Positions 52,963 to 64,000 of a stretch of DNA of 64,000 nucleotides are shown here, piece after piece. The stretch lies in NCBI GenBank assembly GCA_951406725.2, contig OX597827.1, forward strand, positions 18,104,001-18,168,000, given 5' to 3'. Origin of the DNA: Octopus vulgaris (Eukaryota). Within the stretch, counting starts at the first letter, position 1. The number at the start of each line of letters is the position of its first letter. The notes below the pieces were generated by a model. It ran no database searches. It was not told the origin of the DNA and saw nothing but the letters and a program-made list of their open reading frames with translations. Both the position numbers and the translations under genes were made by a program.

Positions 52963-53497
52963 TTTTTATATAACCTGTAACATTTAACAATGAACCATCC
53001 ACGTAGTCACTCGACCTGCTAGAAATAGCAACCGCTCTCTCTCTCTCTCTCTTAAATCAATCTCTACAGTCTTACAAAAAGAAGGAACACGTTACAGGCC
53101 CGCCCGGCTTACATAGATTGCATTTGAATGTTAGACAGAATTGGTCAGGGCTGGAACGCCTTTGGTCTTAGGTTTGTTCGATCAGGATTGATCTGATGGT
53201 TAATAACCATCGACACTGTCAAACCAACGCAGCATACACACAAAACCCACACCCATAAAACAACAACAACAACAACAACAATGGCAACGATAACGACGAG
53301 GATGGCAATGATAACAACAACGATAATAATAACTGCAACGACAACAACGACATCAACAACAACAAACACGTAACAACAACAACACATAAACACACTCAAC
53401 GACATCTTCACCGCCAACACGACTAACAAAAGCCACCGGACCAACACCACTAAGAACACACACACTCACACATACAGCTACAAGGTGTACACACGCA

Positions 53498-53929
<432 letters not shown>

Positions 53930-54310
53930 ACAACAAGAACATCCTGTTCTTACCAGAGAGATGCGCCATTCCTTATCAGTGCTGATGTGTGCGAAAAAAG
54001 AAACTGGAGTGAAATGAAGAAAAACGATGGAGCGAGAGACAAACAGACAGACAGAAGTAGGAGAGTGAGTGAGTGAGTGAAGAGAGAGAGAGAGAGAGAG
54101 AGAGAGAACTAACTACGTAAACACACACACACCCACACACATACATATGCACGCGCGTACACTGCTCTCTTCTTATCTCTCGTAGTCTCTCTGTCTTGAA
54201 TTGCCAGCATTGACCACACCCTTGAGGAATCTTTCCAACTTTTTTTTTAACCTTTTTCCACCACTGCTGCCACCACCATCTCGCCACTGCTGCCATCCAT
54301 AGCTCTAGCA

Positions 54311-55402
54311 TTGCCACTATCAACCACCACCACCACTAGCAATCCCAACACCACCACCACCACCATTGCTGCTGCTGTCACTAATACCACGAGCACCTCT
54401 ACTGGCAACACAACATCTAGCCACACCTCCACCACTAGCAACATCTCCACCACTAGCAACATCTCTACCACTAGTAACGACTCTAGCACAAGCAACACTT
54501 CAACCACTCACAACATCTCCGCCATTAGCAACACCTCTACCACTAGCAACACTTCCATCACTAGTAATATCTCAACCCCTAGCAACATCTCGAGCAACAC
54601 CTCTACCACTAGCAACAGTTCCATCACTAGTAATATCTCAACCCCTAGCAACATCTCGAGCACTAGCAACGCCATCGCCACTAGCAACATCTCCATCACT
54701 AGTAACATCTCAACCACTAGCAACATCTTTAACACTAGCAACACCTCTACCAATAGCAACATCTCCACTATTAGCACCGCCTCAACCAATAGCAACGCTT
54801 TCTCTACAAGCAACACCACCACTAGAAACATCTCCACCACTAGCAACATCTCCACCACTAGCAACACCTCCACCACTAGCAACACCTCCGTTGCTGGCAA
54901 CATTTCTGCCACTAGCAACACCTCCGTCACTAGTAACATCTCAACCACTAGCAACATTTCTACCACTGGCAACACCTCCTCCACTGGCAACACCTCCTCC
55001 ACTTGCAACACCTCTACCAATAGCAACATCTCTACCTCTGCCAACGCCTCTACCAATAGCAACGCCTTCTCTACAAGCAACACTACCACTAGCAACACCT
55101 CCACCATTAGCAACACCATCACCACCACGACAACTGCTATAAATACCACTAGCAGCGCAACCACCACTAGCAATGCCATCATCGCAACCAACACCACCAT
55201 TAGCAACATCACCACTACCGTCACCACAGGCAACATCACTACTACTAGCAACACCCCCGCCATTAGCAACACTCCACTACTACCGCCACTAATAGCACTA
55301 GCACCACCAGCAGCAACACCTCCACCACAGGCAACACTCCCACGCAGCCAACACCACGACAGCCAACACCTCCACTGCAGGCAACGCCTCCACCACTACT
55401 AA
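54311..55402 (+). repeat. Degenerate 18-bp minisatellite (ACTAGCAACATCTCCACC) with open Thr/Ser/Asn-rich frame
   Basis: Periodic TSNIST translation; several frames open, no ATG start. Confidence 0.8.
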
Positions 55403-55629
55403 AATCCCCACCACTATCAACACCACCACGACGTATCCAAGGACGTATTGGATAATACAAAACTTAGGTGTACTCCTGTTCGAAATAGATTATCACTGAT
55501 TCGGCTAGTGTCAATGTTATCGTTGTTTATTATTTGATCTAGCCACCAACAAAGCGCTGACTATGCAAATCAGATTTTCTGGTTTAGAGGCGTCTATAAT
55601 GGTAGTGACCACGTACATACATATACACT

Positions 55630-55724
<95 letters not shown>

Positions 55725-55740
55725 TGATAGATTGATAGAT

Positions 55741-55820
<80 letters not shown>

Positions 55821-55825
55821 GTAGG

Positions 55826-55889
<64 letters not shown>

Positions 55890-56128
55890 AAGATAGATAG
55901 ACAGACAGACAGAAGTACACACACACATATATGTGTGTGTATATATGGATGATTGTGTGTGTTTGTTTATGTATACAGAGAGAGAGAGGGGGGAGAGTGA
56001 GATATACCATACACACCCTATTTTTCCATAAACAGAGGGCAAGACACATGGGTGGTGTCTGATGAAGTATCTCAAATAGGTCAAACATATACGCGCATGC
56101 ACGCGGACACACAATGACAAAGGAAAAA

Positions 56129-56165
56129 TATCGACGTTTCGGGTAATTTGTCCGTTGTCAAGATA
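56129..56165 (-). ncRNA. Degenerate minimal HHR, U3-A8 variant
   Basis: TATC-TTGACAA-C-GGACAAATTACCC-GAAAC-GTC|GATA; weak stem II. Confidence 0.45.
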
Positions 56166-56661
56166 ACCGGATAAATAGAAGATCTATGGTAAAAAGAAAT
56201 GTGCATGTGTGTGTGTGTGTGTGTGCTCCAGACAGCATGATAAATGATATACTGATATCATTAAACGCAATACTAGAATTATCTTATGGCCACTCTTCTC
56301 CAAAACATCAACACTGCAATCACCATAAACAACACCACTACCAACGTGGACACCTCTATTCGGTCGTCTGGTTTGCTAGAAACAACAGCTGAATATCCCT
56401 CACATCACACCTTGCCATCTTACTAAACGAAAACACGTTGAACCAGGTAATCCAAGGTGAACTCTGCCAAGGTAAAAAAAAAAAAAAAAAAATAGAAGAA
56501 AAACCGTCATTGAATTTCAGAGGCGTTTAGCTGGTATTTCTAGCAGACCGTCCGATTTTGTACACAGTCATTCGCTGGCTTGCAATATTCACACTTCATG
56601 TTGACGCATCTGTGTAATAAAACGTCCACAAATACACATATGACGTCATAAGTATGTTGTA

Positions 56662-56701
<40 letters not shown>

Positions 56702-56704
56702 ACT

Positions 56705-56736
<32 letters not shown>

Positions 56737-56839
56737 CACACACACACGTACAGACCAATACTTTACAATACATAAAATGCCGAGATAATCAGATAAGTAC
56801 ACTTTATGTAATCACATTTCACGTCTTCATGTGTGTGCG

Positions 56840-56981
<142 letters not shown>

Positions 56982-57402
56982 ACATATATATACATATATA
57001 TACATATATATACTTATAAGTATATTTATAAATATATACGTACATGTATACATACATACATATATGCGTGTATATATATATATATATAAATGCTTGGTAA
57101 TATAAATACTTACATTACTCAACACAAATCATTATGTCGGTAAGTGTGTATGTGTGTGTGTGCAAGCGCGTGTGTATACGTACATGCATATCTACATAAT
57201 TACATATACATACACATGCATAAAAACACACCACATACACACACAGAGACACACACACACAACACATACACATACGTCATTATACTATTATAGCTGTGTA
57301 CGTGTGAGTCTACCTGCGTGCTTCAATGCACGTATAGCTATATTTCCGCATAATCAGTTATATGACGTCAGCAGGTATAATCTGTGTACCTCTGTATGTT
57401 TG

Positions 57403-57484
<82 letters not shown>

Positions 57485-58160
57485 TGTTTATGGACTCAGG
57501 TGTAGTCGTGTGGTTAGGAAGTTTGCCTCACTACCATGCACTTTCGAGCTCTAGTCCACTGCTCAGCATCTAGTACAAGGATCTTGTGTTAAATAAAACT
57601 TGGAAACGAAATTTCTTTGATGGAAACTATGCAAATACTCGTTGAACATGTATGTATGTATGTATGTATGTATGTATGTATGTATGTATGTATGTATGTA
57701 TGTGTGTGTATGTATGTATATATGTATGTATGTATACATGTATGTATGTATGTATGTATGTATGTATGTATGTATGTATGTATGCACGTATGTATGTATG
57801 TATGTATGTGTGTGTATGTATGTATATATGTATGTATGTATACATGTATGTATGTATGTATGTATGTATGTATGTATGCAAGTATGCATGTATGTATGTA
57901 TGTATGTATGTATGTATGTATGCATGCATGTATGCTTGTATGTATGTATGTATGTATGTATGTATGCACGTATGTATGTATGTATGTATGTGTGTGTATG
58001 TATGTATATATGTATGTATGTATACATGTATGTATGTATGTATGTATGTATGTATGCAAGTATGCATGTATGTATGTATGTATGTATGTATGCATGCATG
58101 TATGCTTGTATGTATGTATGTATGCATGTATGTATGTATGTATGTATGTATGTATGTACG

Positions 58161-58530
58161 TACGTGGTCTGATCAAAAGTATACGGATTGTTGCCATAGT
58201 AACGAAGTTGAAGCTCGCAGTGTGAAGCCGCTTGACACAGATTAACCAGGAACTTTGCTGCGCATGCGCACTAAGCTTTTACATTCTAGCTCACTTCCGC
58301 TGTTTACAGCAGTGCTTGGAAGGAAGATGCGTAGCATGTGCGTAGCGATCACACGCTACACACCTTCCTTCCAAGCACTGCTATAAACAAAGGAAGTGAG
58401 CTAAAACGTTAAAACTGAGTGCGCCTGCACAGCAGAGTTGAAGGTCAACCTGTGCCAAGCCGCTTCACTCTGCGTGCTTTAGCTTCGTTACTATGGCAAC
58501 AGTCCGGATACTTATTGATCATACCTGGTA
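58161..58530. mobile_element. Mariner-derived fold-back MITE with TA ends
   Basis: ~180-bp imperfect inverted arms TACGTGGTCTGATCAAAAGTATACGGA... / ...TCCGGATACTTATTGATCATACCTGGTA. Confidence 0.85.
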
Positions 58531-58820
58531 TATATATATATGTATGAATGTATTTTTTTTTTCATCTTGTCTTGTATCAACCATTAGATTGAGACCATTC
58601 TGGAGCATCACCATGACGAAGTTCTAGTCGAAGGAATTGGCCTTAGTACGTTTATTAAGCCTTGTACTTATTCCGTCGGTCTCTTATCACATTTCGGGGG
58701 TTTTCCCTGCGTCTCTATCCATTTCCTTTTTTGTATTAGGAATTTGGTAACTATTTCCTGAACATGAATTGCAAATGTATTACGCAACAAAGTGGGAGTT
58801 AGTGATCTGGTCATTGGTAC

Positions 58821-59982
58821 ACGACAGACTACTCTGACTATCAACGTTACTGCTATCCTGATTATTGGTCAACGACAGACTACTTTGATTGTCAACGTTA
58901 CTGTTATCTTGATTATTGGTCAACGACAGACTATTTTGATTATCAACGTTACTGCTATCCTGATTATTGGTCAACGACAGACTATTTTGATTATCAACGT
59001 TACTGCTATCCTGATTATTGGTCAACGACAGACTATTTTGATTATCAACGTTACTGTTATCCTGATTATTGGTCCACGACAGACTACTTTGATTGTCAAC
59101 GTTACTGCTATCCTGATTATTGGTCCACGACAGACTATTTTGATTATCAACGTTACTGCTATCCTGATTATTGGTCAACGACAGACTATTTTGATTATCA
59201 ACGTTACTGTTATCCTGATTATTGTTCAACGACAGACTATTTTGATTATCAACGTTACTGTTATCCTGATTATTGGTCCACGACAGACTATTTTGATTAT
59301 CAACGTTACTGTTATCCTGATTATTGGTCAACGACAGACTATTTTGATTATCAACGTTACTGCTATCCTGATTATTGGTCAACGACAGACTATTTTGATT
59401 ATCAACGTTACTGTTTGTTATCCTGATTATTGGTCAACGACAGACTATTTTGATTATCAACGTTACTGCTATCCTGATTATTGGTCAACGACAGACTATT
59501 TTGATTATCAACGTTACTGTTATCCTGATTATTGGTCAACGACAGACTATTTTGATTATCAACGTTACTGTTTGTTATCCTGATTATTGGTCAACGACAG
59601 ACTATTTTGATTATCAACGTTACTGTTTGTTATCTTGATTATTGGTCAACGACAGACTATTTTGATTATCAACGTTACTGCTATCCTGATTATTGGTCAA
59701 CGACAGACTATTTTGATTATCAACGTTACTGTTACCCTGATTATTGGTCAACGACAGACTATTTTGATTATCAACGTTACTGTTTGTTATCCTGATTATT
59801 GGTCAACGACAGACTATTTTGATTATCAACGTTACTGTTTGTTATCTTGATTATTGGTCAACGACAGACTATTTTGATTATCAACGTTACTGTTATCCTG
59901 ATTATTGATCAACGACAGACTATTTTGATTATCAACGTTACTGTTTGTTATCCTGATTATTGGTCAACGACAGACTATTTTG
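58821..59982. repeat. 51-bp minisatellite, about 22 units, with 55-bp variants
   Basis: Unit ACGACAGACTATTTTGATTATCAACGTTACTG(C/T)TATCCTGATTATTGGTCA. Confidence 0.97.
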
Positions 59983-60049
59983 AGAAAAGCCGTTAGAAAA
60001 CCGATTATAGCAGCGACTCCATCTAAGAATATCTGAAGAAAGAATATTA

Positions 60050-61465
60050 TTCCGAAATATCATATCAGACTCTGGATGACTAAATTACAACAGGTATTTA
60101 GCCCATTGTCTGTATCATAGTGCATTGTTGTACCATTCAAAACTTTTTATTGGTTATCAATGTTACTGTCATCTGCTAACATATCCATACATGGTTCTCC
60201 GTTGATATACGATCATCTTTTCATCTGGTGATATGTTGCGGAAAAGTCGTGCAACTTCTTGGAGCATGTATTCAAGTTAATCAGACAGGTAATATTTCTC
60301 GAGGAGCTGTTTAGCAAGATTCATAATGTTATCCGTCTCGTGTAAACGGACTTAGTCAGTGGATGCACTCCGCGGTTTAATGGTTAAAAGACGAAGCAGA
60401 AGAAATATTAGGGGACATTCAAAACTTGTTCAATTCCTTGACGATCTTTGTTACAGGTATCATTGTAAGATATATTTTCATCTTGCCCTGGGTGCATGCA
60501 ACATCCCTAATAAGATATAGAACAAACACTAATGCTATTGATAGAGATTCTACTCGCCTGATTTAAAATCTTGCCTCCTTTTCCAACCATATAGTAACAT
60601 TTATTCTGGCCCAACTCCAAAACATTATTCTTTAAGGAAGTTGTAACCAGTTCAAGACACTTTTTATATCATGCATATTCCTGGCATATATCTTATTTCT
60701 TTACTGCACACAAGGGGCTACACACAGAGGGGACAAACAAGGACAGACACACGGATTAAGTCGATAACATCGACCCCAGTGCGTAACGGGTACTTTTTTT
60801 AATCGACCCCGAAAGGATGAAAAGCAAAGTCGACCTCGACGGAATTTGAACTCAAAACGTAACGGCAGACGAAATACCTATTTGTTTTTTACCCACAATG
60901 GGCTAAACTCAGAGAGGACAAACAAGGACAAACTAATTAAGTCGATTACATCGACCCCAGTGCGTAACTGGTACTTAATTTATCGATTCCGAAAGTCGAC
61001 CTCGGCGGAATTTGAACTCAGAACGTAACAGCAGACGAAACACGGCTACGCATTTCGCCCGGTGTGCTAATGTTTCTGCCAGCTCGCCGCCTTCCTGGTA
61101 TACATCTGCAGAGGAGAATGGGTAACCTTGGTACTCCTGGCTGCCAGTGAACCACTGAGATATCTTTCAAGTTCCTGGAATTGAATGACTGAAAATGTAA
61201 ACAGCATCACAAGGAGACTGTCTCCTCGGGTTATATATCTCTGCCCTTAAAGAACAGCTCGATCACTCCTTGTATTAAACTTCAAGGTGGTGGCTCAATC
61301 AGGTCAGTTATGGCTTTCATGATTCTCTCTAGAATTTTGGCAGTCGAAGAACATCCAGCATCCACAAGTGGCTGACAGACTCAGAAGCCTTCTTATAGTC
61401 TGGCCATATTGAAACCATGCTCCTTCTATGCTGCCGCACCTCTGACAATACAGTTTTATTGATCA
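60050..61465 (-). pseudogene. Decayed non-LTR reverse transcriptase (R4/Dong- or NeSL-like), split by SINEs
   Basis: SIWPDYKKASESVSHLWML (WIDYKKAFDSVPH-like) and RGDSLL (QGDSLSP-like). Confidence 0.6.
60693..61091 (-). mobile_element. Two SINE family A copies
   Basis: Reverse family A motifs twice. Confidence 0.85.
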
Positions 61466-61974
61466 TAAGTATGTATGTATGTATGTATGTATGTATGTAT
61501 GTATGCATGCATGCATGCATGCATGTATGGATGGATGGATGGATGGATGGATGGATGGATGGATGTATGTATGTATGTATGTATGTATGCATGTATGTAT
61601 GTATGCATGCATGCATACATATATGTATGTATGTATGTATGTGTACATGCATGCATGCATACATGTATGTATGTATGTGTGTATGTACGTACGTATGTAC
61701 AGCGTGTTCGGGCTAAATTTGATGATATTTCATGAGCCCTTTTTTCGGCTTGATTTACTGGCGAACAGTCAACGGCGATGGAGAACATAAAGATTAAATT
61801 TGAAATAAGGAAAAATTTAGCTGATATGGAAGATTGAAAGCCATCTGAATATTGAATAAGTGTTTCCTTTGTCTTGATGATTTGCGCTGGACACCAAAAA
61901 GCCAGCATCATGACTGCTGCTCAATGTTCTGGTGAACATTGTAAAGGCTGTGAGACATAACATGGACACTTAGA

Positions 61975-62207
61975 TATTTCTTTATTGCCCACAAGGGGCT
62001 AAACTCAGAGAGAACAAACAAGGCCAGACAAACGGATTAAGTCGATTATATCGACCCCAGTGCATAACTGGTACTTATTTAATCGACCTCGAAAGGATGA
62101 AAGGCAAAGTCGACCTCAGCGGAATTTGAACTCAGAACGTAGCGGCAGACGAAATACTGCTAAGCATTTCGTCCGGCGTGCTAACGTTTCTGCCAGCTCG
62201 CCGCCTT
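61975..62207 (-). mobile_element. SINE family A
   Basis: Flanked by ACATGGACACTTA duplication. Confidence 0.9.
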
Positions 62208-62388
62208 AAAACATGGACACTTACAACGAAGACTACCAAGCCGTGGCCAGCAGGAAAAGAACACAACAAGCATTATGACTGCGTGCACACGCCGGAGTTC
62301 ATCCCCATATCTTTGAACAGGGCCTTCGGCTCAATTCAAATGACCATGCGAGGCTGCTGGAAACTAGTCAAACCCTGGCTGGAGAGGA

Positions 62389-62697
62389 ATTTGTTTTTGT
62401 TCCTTCTCGAGCCATGCCTGGTTCATAAGCGCCGGTTTCCCGGTTTTCTTGGCGTATAGGTTCTCCACCTGGACGGGACGCCGGTCCGTCGCAGGTGAGC
62501 TGCAAGATGCAGGAGGAAAGAGTGAGAGAAAGTTGTGGCGAAAGAGTCAGCAGAAGTCTCGCCATTACCTTCTGCCGGAGCCACATGGAGCTTAGATGTT
62601 TCGCTCATAAACACACACATCACCCGGTCCGAGATTCGAACCTGCGATCATTCGACCACGAGTCCACTGCTCTAACCACTAGGCCATGTGTCTCCAC
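62389..62697 (-). mobile_element. SINE family C (tail type 1), TSD CTGGAGAGGA
   Basis: Direct repeats flank the insertion in the transposase. Confidence 0.9.
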
Positions 62698-63289
62698 CTG
62701 GAGAGGATTGCTGTTAGAAGGTCACATGTGTAACAGCAGGATTTGGCTCCTTGCCATACCTCCTGAAAGAGTCAGAAGTGGTTGCCGGAGAATTCCTACA
62801 ACTTCACCAGCCCCAAATTCCGGCCTCCTAATTTCCTCCGATTACAATCTCTTGGATTACTGTGTGTGTGTGTGGAGCACCGTTGGGAAAGACATCAACC
62901 GACTCTGCCTACAACACCAAGGCCGAGCTAGTCGCCAAAATCAAGGTGTTCGAAGATCTTCCAAGGGACACGTCCAGGTGGGGAACCTATACGCCAAGGA
63001 AACCGGGAAACCGCCCCTTATGAGCCAGGAATGGCTCGAGAAGGAACAAACAACAAAAAAACACAGTGAGGAACGCATGCAACTGGTTTCGAAACCGTGT
63101 TGAAACTGTGATGGAAGCTGAGAGCAGCTACGCTGAGTAAACAGTTATCTCCCAGTCATAATCCAGTTGAAAGTTGCTGGCTTTTGTAAATACTTTTATT
63201 TTTTGTACGAAGCGTTGTATTTTCTTTTCCTTTTATGCAAACTGTTAAATTAAACCCAAACACCTATATAAACTGTACATACATGTAAG

Positions 63290-63638
63290 TGTGTATGTAT
63301 GTATGTACGTATGTATGTGTGTGTATGTGTGTATGTATGCATGCATGTATGTGTGTGTGTATGTATGTATGTATGTATGTATGCATGTATATATGTATGT
63401 ATGCATGATGTATGTATGTATGTATGTATGTATGTATGCATGCATGTATGTGTGTATGTATGCATGTATGTATGCATGTATGTATGTATGTATGCATCCA
63501 TGCATGTATGTATGTATGTATGTATGCATGTATGTATGTATGTATGTATGCATGTATGTATGTATGTATGTATGTATGTATGCATGTATGTATGTATGTA
63601 TGTATGCATGTATGTATGCATGCATGTATATATGTATG

Positions 63639-63672
<34 letters not shown>

Positions 63673-63706
63673 TGCATGTATGTATGCATGCATGTATATA
63701 TGTATG

Positions 63707-63738
<32 letters not shown>

Positions 63739-63858
63739 CATGTATGTATGTATGTATGTATGTATGTATGTATGCATGTATGTATGTATGTATGCATGTA
63801 TGTATGTATGTATGTATGTATGTATGCATGTATGTATGCATGCATGTATATATGTATG

Positions 63859-63892
<34 letters not shown>

Positions 63893-64000
63893 TGTATGTA
63901 TGCATGTATGTATGTATGTATGTATGCATGTATGTATGCATGTATGTATGTATGTATGTATGTATGTATGCATGCATGTATATATGTATGTATGTATGTA
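63290..64000. repeat. (TATG)n/(CATG) compound microsatellite
   Basis: Direct reading. Confidence 0.95.

Larger units (their letters stand above)
61698..63268 (+). pseudogene. Decayed Tc1/mariner element (DD37D/maT-like) with nested SINEs
   Basis: FEQGLRLN, VKPWLE, QQDLAPCHTS*KSQKWL, PPN..DYNLLDY..VWS; imperfect TIRs TACAGCGTGTTCGGGCTAAATTTGA / TTAAATTAAACCCAAACACCTATA. Confidence 0.75.

Noticed and set aside
58821-59982. CRISPR-like regular periodicity
   Set aside because: No unique spacers, no cas genes, eukaryotic context

Overview
Eukaryotic, repeat-saturated genomic DNA, most likely octopus (inferred from three abundant tRNA-derived SINE families and very dense (TA)n/(TG)n/(GATA)n/(TATG)n microsatellites). 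Most ORF-track entries are microsatellite translations. Identifiable content: many SINEs, non-autonomous Helitrons, MITEs, decayed Tc1/mariner transposases, LINE remnants (RTE, R4/Dong-like, Tx1/L1-like), a decayed near-full-length Penelope-like element (RT + GIY-YIG), a 51-bp minisatellite, a CpG-rich promoter-like island near 39 kb, and three phase-compatible candidate exons of an unidentified minus-strand gene (0.3-6 kb). The main discovery is a set of hammerhead-ribozyme (HHR) motifs. A ~490-bp x3 tandem array (2045-3492) carries a complete type I HHR in every unit, with an unusually long loop II, a candidate pseudoknot and a hairpin-rich monomer, resembling a retrozyme/circular-RNA element. 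Several short, mostly (TA)n-embedded elements carry minimal HHRs, including U3-A8 compensatory core variants and a 463-bp fold-back with one HHR per arm. All structures were read by eye; no folding or database search was run.
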